From Dendrobates tinctorius (lineage: Eukaryota), in assembly GCF_039654945.1 (NCBI RefSeq), contig NW_027361807.1, forward strand, positions 6,386,001 through 6,450,000: a stretch of 64,000 nt of DNA, written 5' to 3'. The stretch's first letter is position 1, and every line of letters starts with the position of its first letter. Shown here in pieces: positions 37,061-48,984 of this stretch. Made by a program: the position numbers and the translations under genes. Below the pieces are notes generated by a model, which had not been told where the DNA came from, did not search any database, and worked only from the letters and a program-made list of their open reading frames with translations.

Positions 37061-39032
37061 GTACCAGTCAGCGTGCCCACAGTACCAATAGAATAAGGGG
37101 GTAGGAAACTAGGTGGCACTGGTCACTTTGAGCCTCTCATACTTTTGTATAATCATACTGGTGTATAATCATATGCCCTGAGCACCTCCATAAAGTGGGC
37201 CAGCCCCAGACAACAGGGTACAAACAAATCACTATTACTATCAGTCCAAGTGGACAATTATATACGTAAAGTTAATGATGTCCCTGTGCCAAGCAGTGCA
37301 GAGGATCAGAATACACTGAGGAGACTGAGTAGCGGGGTATGGTGAGAAGAATTATATGGGGCCCATTACACTGTATGAAGTAATATATGGTGTCCATTAT
37401 ACTCTATGAAGTAATATATGGGGACCATTGTACTGTATGGAGCATTATATGGGGCCCATTATACTGTATGCAGTAATATATGCGGCACATAATACTATAT
37501 GGAGCATTATGTGGGGATAGGGGATGACTTTCTGTTTGTTGTGGATCTGACCGCTGGGACCCCCATGATCCTGGGAAACATAGCTTTGAAGAGCACCATG
37601 TAAATGGAGCTGTGGTCAATCATACGCACTGTGGTGCCATTCACATGTGGCTCTTCAAATAACTCCTTAAAGAGAGTGATGAGGGGACGACAAAGTATAG
37701 CAAAAATTCACTGATCGGGGTGAGGAGTGCTATAGTTTGTGGGCTGGTGGGGTTTGTGTGGCAGGGCTGCATTTTTGTCCCAGGCCGGCCCTGATGGTTG
37801 CTTATAACAGTAACAAAAGATATGAAACTCCTCCGCAGTCTAGAACTTCACAATGCGGTTCTTATAGCATAAGCTGTTTAGATTTGTTTTAGGTTGGTAT
37901 ACTTGTACTTTATATATGAGCATTGTAGATAGTAATTTTGGAGGAAGCACTATGGCTAACACTGATGGGAGAAACACTATGGTTGCTAATTATGGGAATA
38001 CAGAGGCTATCACTCTTAAAGAATACACTGGTTACCATTCTTGTGGGATATTTGGCATGTTTCCAAGATTGGTTTGGTTTTGGAACCACCTTGGTTTTTA
38101 ATGACTTCTACTTGGATATGAATTAAAAAGGCTCTATACGGGCCCAATAAGAGAAGTTGCTAAAACTCTCACCCTTCTTTGCAACAGCATAATGTTTGCT
38201 GACACATTAGATTTTTCCGTATTTTTTAAGAAATATATCCAAAAATAAACAGAAATTCTTCCCTGAATCTTTTTTGTGAAGTTGCATTTATGAAAGCTAT
38301 TAATACACATCCCTATCTTGGAGAGAAAGCCAGCCTTCCCTTTATTATACTCATTCATTGGGTACAGCCTACTTGTCATTATTAGGCTTTGTGCTCCAAT
38401 TCTAAAGGACAGCTGAATTCTTTCACTAATGTACCCAGATTTCAGCTTCTATGGTGCTTGTAGTTCTGAAAGCAGAGAAAACACTGAATAGTTATAAAGA
38501 GAATAAAGCTCCCAGTGCATTTGTATTAACAAGCCATAAAATAAGTATGATGGGGTTAGTTGAAGGTTTGGAGACCTAAAAACAGAACAGAGTGGCGAGA
38601 TTGAAGGTACTGTGATTATATGTTCTCCCAATTGTGTCTTCTGTATAGTGTCATTTCTAAACATCAGACTGACACAACCGGGATACATTCCAGCTAATTA
38701 GAAGTCAATATCAGCATAAATCCCAGTGGTCTAGCGAACAATGGAAAGGGCAGTGTTCCCCATAGGCTGAGTCTCCTTATCCACTAATCAGGTTAATTTC
38801 CCTTCTTCCTTTCTTTGACAGTTGTTGATTAACAGACTAGATTTTACAGTATCAGCTTGGCTTTAGTCAACCTTTTCTTTTATATTAAGGAACTTAATTG
38901 AAAGCAGCAGCCCATTTACACACGCCGACCACAGCAGTTACACCACCACTAATTGGCAAGATGGTTGCCGGTCAACTACTGGCCTGTTTAGAAAGGCCAA
39001 CAAGAAGTCAATGCACACAGAATGATTGTTAA

Positions 39033-39362
39033 AGGTTAGCCGGCTAAAGTAAGTTATCATATATCCATAAAATAGATGATAACATTGTTGATCAGTTTGG
39101 GTCCGACCATTGGGAATTGCATCAATCGGTCAAACAGGGCACTCATTTTTTCCCTTCAGAATGTAACAGCAGCACTCCATTGATTCTTTTTGGGGCTGCA
39201 GTCACCTTTTTCAGGCAGCCCCTTAGAGTCTAAATGGAGTAGCAGTCTGGCCTCAGACTTGCCACATTATTTTGTAATGGGCATAAATATGATATGTCAG
39301 GAATAAAAATTCCCTGATCAATCCTGTGGATAGGTGATAATTTATTTCTACAGACTAGCCCT
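39033..39362. mobile_element. Old TTAA-flanked T2/Kolobok-type MITE
   Basis: TTAA|AGGTTAGCCGG...TTATCA..TATCCA ... TGGATAGGTGATAA...CAGACTAGCCCT|TTAA. Confidence 0.6.
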
Positions 39363-40075
39363 TTAATGTGAGTGTTCTGTATCCCTAGATTATATTATCA
39401 GGAGCATGTTACCCATTTAAATAGGATAACATGCTGCCTTTAATGCTCTTTTTTAAACATCTGGTTAACGAGCATTTGGCTTTGTGGTTAAGTGATTTCA
39501 GGTCTATTTAGATGGGTCCATAACTGAGAACCCGCAATCCTACAAAACGTTCCTACGGGCTTTTAATCACTACGTAGGCGCCAAACACTAGAGGTGTTGA
39601 GAGACTTAAAAACTGAGGAAGGACAAAGGAAACAAAAACTGATGAAAATGGATACAAAATGGAAACCATCCGTCAAATAAATCCATTTAAAAATGGACAT
39701 ATTTGTTTGTATTGTTTTTTGATTACAGTTTTTTTTTTTTTAACTGGATTCATTACAAAAAGGATCCCAATTAGACATGTGAATATAGCCTCAGAGGTTG
39801 CATGGACAAAGCAGGGAGGGAGTAAGCCATGAGAAATATGCATTGAGTCTTCACCACATTCACCAGACATCTACTATACCAATGCTCAGATAACAGTGTG
39901 AGGGCATGTATACATGGCATCTGTGAGACTTCGGAGCAGCCGTCAAGTTTTCCCAAGTGAATAAACTTCAGGAAAACCAACTTCGGGGGAGGTTTTGATA
40001 TCATTCTATGGTTCTGGTGTCTTTGACTCTATATTGTGAAGTATAGAGCGTAGATGGCTTCCGAGAAGAAGGCCC

Positions 40076-40675
40076 TGTCATGGGAAGCTTACGTAACTCT
40101 AGGCTGAACCCCGGGGCCCCTGCGGAGTCCCTCAGACTAGAGGAAACCCTGACTGTCCCTCAACCCAGGGTTTACACTGAAGGTGTGCCTGCCTGGGCCT
40201 GCACCCTGTCCTTGTCTCCTGTCCAGCCCTAAGCTGAACTCACCACCCTCCACCCAGTGAAGAGACCAAACACCAGAACCAATGAATAAGTATGGACAAG
40301 GGTAAGGGAAACGCACCACACCGCGTACACACAAGAGAAAACAATAAGGTGCAAGGGCAACCAAATAATACCACGCAGGGAGGAAATAATGGCAACAATG
40401 GAATATACTACACCAGATATTGTATGCTCCTAAGATGCCCCCTTCAGACCGGTATCGCTAGCACAAAGCAAGAGCTATAGTCGGCAACGCCCATAGTCAC
40501 GCAGGACAATTTAAAGGCAGGGGGCGTGGCTAAGCCCTCACCCAGACTAACAACCTGGTTAACCCAATCCAAGCCAGATCAGAAGACCAACCGGCGCCGC
40601 TGAGAACAAAGTGGTAGGATGGGGTATTACCGCTGTCTTCCGGACAACCTGGTGCGAACCGTGTCTGACATGACA
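40076..40675. mobile_element. Solo LTR (600 bp)
   Basis: TGTCATG...CATGACA termini and a perfect 5-bp TSD GGCCC. Confidence 0.88.
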
Positions 40676-42514
40676 GGCCCAGAAGTATGACCTGGTTACT
40701 TCTTTAAGCTACTTGGAGGTTTCTGAAGACAAAACATGCTTATTCTATGCTTTTTCTACGCTCTTTCTATACTTTTTCTGGCAGATTCCATGCGTAATCC
40801 ACCTGAAATTGATATTATGTGCACATACCTTAAGACTATTTAGCTGTTTTGTTCCCAAAACCAGAAGGATGGTTGTTTAGAGACAGTGCATTATCAGTTT
40901 TGTCATAAGTTACTGAGCAGTCCACTTCTATCTGTTATCGGATGCATCCAGATGAGGGCGCTGTTCCCTGTATATGATAATAAAATCAGTGAAGCAAGAG
41001 TTCTACTTGAAGACGTGTCCAGTATTTGTATGTGACCAGTCGTCATTTCCGTCTGACAATCCTTCAGCAGAAAGCAGGCTGCCATTTATTAACGCAGGTT
41101 TCCAGAGGACTGTCTGCTCTGCTATCAAACTATGTCTCTTTATGCAAACTATACCTAATAAAGGTTGGTTCACACATGACATTTTCGCAGAATTTTGCCA
41201 TATTATATTTTAATTTTATATTCTAATACCATCAAAGTGAATGAGATTGCTCATGCACATGCTGCTTATTTTTTCCTTGCGGATTCGAACCATCAAAGCG
41301 CTTTTTCGAATCTGCAGCAAATCAATTATTCTTTCAGAGTTTTTGGAATAGGGGGAAAGCGCAAGTAAAAAAATCATCAAGAATGTATGTAAAAGTATGA
41401 AAAAAAAGTGCTGGTTTTTGGTGCAGAAAAAAAAAAAGCAAAAATGCGACGTGTCAGCGTACCCCATTTAGGTGTGGTCTTACCTTTTTGTTCAATCGAT
41501 ATAACAAATTCAAATTTGGAAAACATTAGAAAATGCAAAAAAGATGTATTCTGCAAAGCAAAAAATGTTACATCATCGCCACGTTTTGACATAGTAGTAT
41601 CGGCTTCAAATTTAACGTGCAGATCATGCAGCAGTTTAAAGTACAATGTATTTGGCTGGGAATCTCAATCAGGTACTGCAGAAAAAAAAATCCGAACCAT
41701 AGTCCTTTCTTCTGCAAGATTAGCGGGGGTCCCAAAGGTCAGGCTCTCATTCACTGTGCGCTGCCACCTGTGATTCTTAGGATCATGAAGTGTGAAGTTG
41801 GACCCCTAGAGGTTAGGAATTGATGGCATACCCTAGCGATGAAGCGTTCGCTCTCAGAGTGGAAACGACCCTTTAAAAAATGATGCTATGAAGACACAAT
41901 CTGTTTTATACATAGAAAACACAAACCAACCCACTTATACCTGTGAACCATATACTTTAATGACACGAGATCATCTATATGAAAAAGAAAAAAAAAAGCA
42001 TTGAAAAGCGCGAAGTGACAAGCAGTGACGAGTGGAAGATTATAACACAGAAATGAAAGAATAAATCATGTTAGACATCACACGGCAAAATGTGTATGTT
42101 TCAAAATGAAATGTGAGTACACTTTCAGATAAAAGAGTCTGTGCCAAAGTAAAGCTAGAGGAGAAAGGCTGCAGATCATTATCGCCTTATTGCTTTATGT
42201 GGAGATTTGATTCATACACGGGGGAAAAAAACTAATATTGCAAATATCGAATAATGTATTCCCTTATGTCACTTCTAAATGTTAGCAGGTGTCACTGTGA
42301 AACTCTACAGCCATGGTATATTATAGAGAGAATTTACAGAGAGACATGTTGATTGGCTATCCTTAGGACTGAGACAGTCCAATCTTTGGGGACTTCGTAA
42401 AATATAGGGGGTGCAGGAATGTTAAAAATCTTTTTATATTTTCCTAACACATTTTTACATTCATGAACTGCAATTTATCGCTCATTCACCCCACCAATCA
42501 CACTTTCATAGTTT

Positions 42515-42555
42515 CCCCTGACGAAGCCATACTGGTTACAGCGATACGCCTGGGG
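42515..42555 (+). ncRNA. Degenerate minimal hammerhead ribozyme in a Penelope-like pLTR remnant
   Basis: CCCC-TGACGAA-GC...GC-GATAC-GCCT-GGGG resembles the PLE hammerhead layout, but the core and stem III are mutated. Confidence 0.5.
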
Positions 42556-44372
42556 CCACTTCCTTGGCTACCACTATATTTAGCTGTCTTTGCGGACCTG
42601 TTTGCGTTCATTGGATCATCTTGGGCATTTTTTGGCTTTGTTATTACACGGTCCTATTATTTGGCAGCTGGAGGATCGTTGTTATATCTGAGGCATTGTA
42701 TTCTTTGCCTAGGTTTTGGGGTCCTTCTATCTTTTTGTATTTGTCCTTGTATATTTTTACATCGTAAGGTGCTATTTAGACACCGCCCTCCTATTTCTTC
42801 ATCGCTCTCCGGCATCGCGCTCCTGCGCAGGTGTTCTTATCTGTTGAGGGCAGAGTATAGTACTGCAGTGTGCAGGTGCTGGGCCTCTCTGACCTTTCCC
42901 AGCGTCTGCGCACTGCAGTACTTTGCTCTGCCCTCAACAGGGCAGAGAAGTGCGCCTGCGCAAGAGCGTCATGCAGGGAAGCGATGAAGCAAGCAGGAGG
43001 ACGGCATCGCAAGAAGATGGGAGGCATCGGACCCAGACCTGCAACATCCATCAGAATGGACCGCACCAGACCACGCCCCCCCCCACGTGAGTATAATAAA
43101 ACTTATTTTTCTTATCTTGCAGGTCGGACCGGAGGCTTATCTACAGCATTATAGAATGCTTTAGATAAGCCCTGAAAGGAAGCGGCCACATCTTATAGTG
43201 GCCAAAAGTGGTGACAGATTCTCTTTAAGTCTTCATTTTCCAAACTGAATAACTCCAAGGGTTATCAGGGGTTATTTAACCCCTATTAAGCTAAGAACTG
43301 ACAAACACTTAGTTACTGTCCACCTGCCTGTTCTGCCCGCCACTGGCTCAGATAGGTCACTGACTACTCCTGCTGACAATTCTGCTGATTCCCATTAACA
43401 CAGCAACTCTTCCTCTTCCCCTCTGCTCTATCGACAGGTCGTAACTGCAGACGTGATGCTGATTGACAATTTGCTCCACACAGTTATGTGGTGGGGAGCC
43501 TTCTGACAATCAGCATGACATTGGAAGTCACGCCCTGTCGACAGAGCAGAGGGGAAGAAAAGCAGTTGCTCTGTTGATGTAAAGTCACCGGAAGTCACAT
43601 AATTGCTGGCAGGAGAAGTTTCTGTGATCACTCTGAGCTGGCGGAGGTCAGCGCAGGGCACAACAGGCAGGAATGTAGCAATTATCTGCGTGTAAGTTAT
43701 TAGGCTCATAACAAAATAAAAAATAGCCCAGGATAACCCCTTTAATAATATTTGTTGCTCTTCTCGGCACTAGTACAGCTATGTCCTTCTTTTACACTGG
43801 AGCCCAAAATTATACACAGTATTCTAAGTGTAAGATAAATCCAATGATCATAGTGGGTATATAATAATAATAGAAAATATTAGAATTTCACACCCACAAT
43901 AAGTGCAGACAGAGAAGACCAACTGTAATATTGAAATAATAAACAAAGGGCAAACACAGTCATAAGGTCAAGATAAAACTAAAGAAATTTTATTGATACT
44001 TAAAATACATACAGACAGACAAATGCAAGTGGGGGCTAGAAGATGAAAGGGTTATTCAAACCGCATATGTGAGGCCCAGGGTAGGTTGGTAGGAAGGCAG
44101 AGAAATAATAATATCATGGCATAGGAATCATATATGCACAGTGGCAAAGTGAAGATAAACCGCAGGTACAAGACATCATCAAACAATACAAGTAACCAGC
44201 ACAGAAACCATATGTGCATAATAGCACAGAAAAGCCTGACAAGAGTGAAATCAACAAGGCCTAAATATGGCCATATATGTCAGGTGCATAGATAACAAGT
44301 AGATGTGCTTAAGGAAACACAGGAGTTCAAGTACCTGTAAATAGAGTAGCCGCCTTCCTCCACATCCCACCC

Positions 44373-44410
44373 GCCCCGACGCGCGTTTCGGCGTGCCTTT
44401 ATCAAGGGGC
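44373..44410 (-). ncRNA. Minimal type I hammerhead ribozyme (inverted-arm copy)
   Basis: Exact reverse complement of 46773-46810. Confidence 0.8.
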
Positions 44411-45066
44411 ATAAGATACTAGGCATAGAAATGGTCCTTAAATACCCCCGGACCCGGAAGCCACCATTACAGCCGTGCGGCCATCTGGTGACGTCACGAA
44501 CGCAAGGACGTGCTCATGCGGGCAGCCGAAATCAGAGTCACGCGGGCCCCACGTGACCCGGAAGTCGGCGCACCGCTGAGCTGCGAGCCAGCGACGCGCG
44601 TCAGCAGAGGACAGGCGCATTGTAATGGAGGGCCAGGACGCGCCATGGCCAGTAGTAGCAGGAGAATGGGCAGACACCGAAAACATATAAACCATATAAA
44701 ACATACAACAACAAACATTGTGTATAGATGAGAGGTGCCATATAATAATGGAAATAGGATTATAAAATATAACCCATTTAACAAGAGGGGGGAAAAAAAT
44801 ACCATTCCACAATATAGCCTTAAACAAGGCTGATAATGATTTCCAGACGGGGTACCATAACCATCACCTAATGACATGCATACACTGTCCATAGAGATGG
44901 AAATAACATCCCCACAAAACACAGAATATACACAATGTAAGGAAAACAACCCCAAAATATAATATAAGTGTACATGCATATGGCCAAAAGGACATATAAG
45001 CAGATATACAGTGATATAATTTTAATAGGCAGCAATACATGTATCAAATTGTACATACAATAAAGA

Positions 45067-45786
45067 CAGTATAAAAAACAGGTTAGGTCACCTGAGGGTG
45101 AGAACCAATGTAGATTCATCACCACGTACCATCCATGCTCAGATCGTGTTCGGGCCGCACTAACAAGGGCATGGCCTATTCTACAAGTAGATCCTATAAT
45201 TAAGAAATTTCTGCCTCAACATCCAATGATCACTTTTAGACGTGCTAAGAACCTACGTGATCTCCTGACTAAGAGTCACCACGTGGGGTCACAGCCACAA
45301 ACGTTTCTGGCTTCTTTTGGGGGTGGTTGCTTTCCTTGTGGCCGCTGTGTGGCATGCCCTAACGTGGATAGATGTGATGATTTTTTCAATTCCGGTGGTA
45401 CTAAAAATTTCAGAATTAAAAAACGGATTACGTGTACCACTAGATACGTTATCTATTTTGCCATTTGCCCATGTGGCTTAATCTATGTGGGGATGACAAC
45501 TAGACAACTTAAAGTCCGGATTAGAGAACACGTTCTGGGTATTCAGGCCGCCAGCGGTCACGACGAAACAACCACCCTCAAAACTATTCCCAAACACTTC
45601 AAGCTGTTCCATCAATGTAACAGTGATCTTTTACGTGTACGGGGAATTGATGTCTTGGACATCAATATTAGAGGTGGAAATTTGTCCAAACGCCTTGGTC
45701 AGCTAGAGAGTAGATGGATTTGGACTCTTGATACTGTCCAACCACTAGGACTGAACGAGAACCTCAGCTTTTCGCCATTTCTTTAG
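45067..45786 (+). CDS. PLE ORF C-terminus: linker, Cys/zinc motif and GIY-YIG endonuclease (5'-truncated, RT missing)
   Basis: Open from the inversion junction: RFITTYHP...WPILQVDP...ITFRRAKNLRDLL, CGRCVAC, ITC, VIYFAICPCGLIYVGMTTRQLKVRIREH, HF...H, ESRWIWTLDTVQPLGLNE. Confidence 0.92.
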   Translation, partial: QYKKQVRSPEGENQCRFITTYHPCSDRVRAALTRAWPILQVDPIIKKFLPQHPMITFRRAKNLRDLLTKSHHVGSQPQTFLASFGGGCFPCGRCVACPNVDRCDDFFNSGGTKNFRIKKRITCTTRYVIYFAICPCGLIYVGMTTRQLKVRIREHVLGIQAASGHDETTTLKTIPKHFKLFHQCNSDLLRVRGIDVLDINIRGGNLSKRLGQLESRWIWTLDTVQPLGLNENLSFSPFL

Positions 45787-46772
45787 TCGCTGATTCACTG
45801 TGTTGGTTTTTCTCCTGCATATACTTATTTTATATGGTTTTAACATGTTTTTTGTTACGTTTTAGGTGTTTAATCCCTGAGCACTGTTCCCCGTGTCTGG
45901 TCATCTCTACGGACGCTCAACGCCGGTTACTGACATGACATTGGTCCTTACATCTACAGCCGTCAAAATAACCCCCTCGCTTTCCCAATAATTCCCTTTG
46001 TTATTTGGGGGTATATATGTATATATATATATATATATGCATATGGATCATGTATCATGTATCTTGGTTCCTTATACAATTCTGTGTATTTATACTTTGA
46101 TATTTGACAATAATATGTCTTTACTGTATGTACAATTTGATACATGTATTGCTGCCTATTAAAATTATATCACTGTATATCTGCTTATATGTCCTTTTGG
46201 CCATATGCATGTACACTTATATTATATTTTGGGGTTGTTTTCCTTACATTGTGTATATTCTGTGTTTTGTGGGGATGTTATTTCCATCTCTATGGACGGT
46301 GTATGCATGTCATTAGGTGATGGTTATGGTACCCCGTATGGAAATCATTATCAGCCTTGTTTAAGGCTATATTGTGGAACGGTATTTTTTCCCCCCTCTT
46401 GTTAAATGGGTTATATTTTATAATCCTATTTCCATTATTATATGGCACCTCTCATCTATACACAATGTTTGTTGTTGTATGTTTTATATGGTTTATATGT
46501 TTCCGGTGTCTGCCCATTCTCCTGCTAGTACTGGCCATGGCGCGTCCTGGCCCTCCATTCCAATGCGCCTGTCCTCTGCTGACGCGCGTCGCTGGTTCGC
46601 AGCTCAGCGGTGCGCCGACTTCCGGGTCACGTGGGGCCCGCGTGACTCTGATCTCGGCTCCCCGCATGAGCGCGTCCTTGCGTTCGTGACGTCACCTGAT
46701 GGCCGCGCGGCTGTAATGGTGGCTTCCGGGTCCGAGGGTATTTAAGGACCATTTCTATGCCTAGTATCTTAT

Positions 46773-46810
46773 GCCCCTTGATAAAGGCACGCCGAAACGC
46801 GCGTCGGGGC
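46773..46810 (+). ncRNA. Minimal type I hammerhead ribozyme of the Penelope pLTR
   Basis: GCCCC-TTGATAAA-GGC-AC-GCC-GAA-ACGCGCGT-C-GGGGC: stem I GCCCC/GGGGC, 3-bp stem II, palindromic stem III ACGCGCGT, GUC cleavage triplet. Confidence 0.8.
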
Positions 46811-48252
46811 GGGTGGGACGTGGAGGAAGGCGGCTACTCTATTTACAGGTACTTGTGCTTAAGGAAACACAGGAGTTCATCTATTTGTTATCTATGCACC
46901 TGACATATATGGCCATATTTAGGCCTTGTTGATTTCACTCTTGTCAGGCTTTTCTGTGCTATTATGCACATATGGTTTCTGTGCTGGTTACTTGTATTGT
47001 TTGATGATGTCTTGTACCTGCGGTTTATCTTCACTTTGCCACTGTGCATATATGATTCCTATGCCATGATATTATTATTTCTCTGCCTTCCTACCAACCT
47101 ACCCTGGGCCTCACATATGCGGTTTGAATAACCCTTTCATCTTCTAGCCCCCACTTGCATTTGTCTGTCTGTATGTATTTTAAGTATCAATAAAATTTCT
47201 TTAGTTTTATCTTGACCTTATGACTGTGTTTGCCCTTTGTTTAGTATTCTAAGTGTGTCTTGTATAGAGGCAAAACTATATTCTTTTATGGTCTATCCTA
47301 AGGATCTCATATGCTTTTCTTTTTCCTTTGCGGGAGTTAATCCTTTATACTGTCGACTGCTGTCTGGTAGTCAGAGGCCATTGATTCCTATGAAGATGGA
47401 TCAGCAATGTAGTAACCTCCAACTGATCTGGAAATGAGAAATATTTCCAACAGAACAGTGTGTATTATTTTGATGTGTAAAACAAGAAAAATATTCACAA
47501 TAGAACAGTAATTGAAGCTTTTAAAGAATGTGATAATTATACCGGTAACTGTCACAAGAGGGCAGAGTAGTCAGGAGAGTATGTTGTTTTTAGCATTGAG
47601 ACTTTCATAGTAACTTGTTATGGGGTCGTGTGTCCAAATCTCCATATCCGCAATCTCAGTGATGATATCATGACCTTGACATGGGATACGGGTAGCTGCA
47701 GGGGAAGGGGTTTATACATTCAGTATTGGAATAGAGATGAGGACATGCTCTGACTATTTTACTACAATTGCATTGTATGACACTATTAATAGAGTAAGGT
47801 GATCCAGACTGGATATTGTATTAGAATTGTTTCCCACTGGGCAATCAGGTGTGAAATAATAGCTACTATATGGGCTTAGTTTTCATTCCCCATACTTATA
47901 TATATATTCCAAACGGGTGCCCTTTATAGTGAACGACTAGTATCTTGGACAGCTTGTGGGATGCAAACAGTTAAGCAAATGAACGATTTTTAAACCAGTG
48001 GCGTGTGAATGTGTAACATGGATATAGTTTAATTTAATGTCCGTTGCTTTTAATGCATCTTTTAATGCAACATTTGTCATTGCTTAAAACATGAAAATCA
48101 ATAGCAAGATGAATATAGCAGTGTAAAATAGCTCGCGGCTTGTAGGTGATTGAGAAAGATAAGAAAAGATGTGGAGCAGTGCTAATGCGTACAATGTGCA
48201 GGCAGCAGGCAAGCAATACACTCAATAGCCTCCTCATGTTCTCTGATTTCAG

Positions 48253-48504
48253 GATGCCAGCAGAGCCCGGGGCCAGTGAATCCTTTTCCCATGCCAATGC
48301 CTGGTTCAGCAAGTCTGGGAGGACAAGGAGGGGAATTGCTACCACACTTTCTCCTAGAACCCACGGATGTTTTCATTGTGAAGAACAAGCCGGTGACCCT
48401 GAGCTGCAAAGCGACCCCAGCCACGCAAGTCTACTTCAAATGCAATGGAGAGTGGGTCCACCAGAGTGACCACGTGATTCAGCACAGTGCAGACCGCAGT
48501 ACGG
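48253..48504 (+). CDS. unc5a: Netrin receptor UNC5 (best fit UNC5A), internal coding exon (exon 2, start of Ig1)
   Basis: TTTCAG acceptor and GTAAAA donor, phase 1-1, 252 nt. (G)[10 protein letters not shown]...[57 protein letters not shown] matches the UNC5 Ig1 signature. The GxQQS start and VIxxSxDxSxG end favour UNC5A over B/C/D, but the paralogue call is less certain than the family call. Confidence 0.9.
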
Positions 48505-48984
48505 GTAAAAATACTCATACACTTCCATTTAAATTGTGTCCATTATAATATGATAAAGTCATGTATATTTTGTACAGCAAGCTCCTTGCAAGAAACTCGC
48601 ACGAGTCTCACACGCTAATATCCGGCACTGCCGCCGGCACTTGGATCGGAGCGTTCAGCTGCATGTATTTCTATGCAGCTGAACGCTCTGGACCCAAGTG
48701 CTGGCGGCATACCGGGTATTGACGTGCGAGTTTCTCGCAAGTCTGACATCGGCCTCACAGGAGCGCTAGCTCTGATGAGTACTTCTATGTTCTCTATGAG
48801 AGCGGCACTCTGGAGATTAGAAAAGGATCAGCAGTCTGAAATCAGACTTGCTGGATCCTTAACTCCCCTGACTATCTTCTGTCCTGGGCTTCCATACACA
48901 TGTTGTCCGAAACCCTAAAAATCATCAGGTTTGGCTGATGTTAGTGGCCATTCTGTCCTAAGTGGAAAGCATGAGACAAGCAAG

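Larger units (their letters stand above)
25518..37793. mobile_element. Non-autonomous hAT element hosting the Tc1/Harbinger nest and minisatellites
   Basis: Imperfect TIRs CAAGCCCGGATTGG / CCAGGCCGGCCCTG. 8-bp TSD ATGGTAGC (25510-25517) / ATGGTTGC (37794-37801), 7 of 8 identical. Confidence 0.7.
43832..47242 (+). mobile_element. Penelope-like element (GIY-YIG type), 5'-truncated, with an inverted pLTR
   Basis: Inverted arms ~43940-45068 and ~46116-47243. 14-bp direct repeat AGTATTCTAAGTGT at 43818-43831 / 47243-47256. Appears inserted into an old CR1 remnant. Confidence 0.92.

Noticed and set aside
44438-46745. Mirrored hydrophobic ORFs on both strands
   Set aside because: AT-rich pLTR sequence duplicated by the inversion, with no domain motifs.
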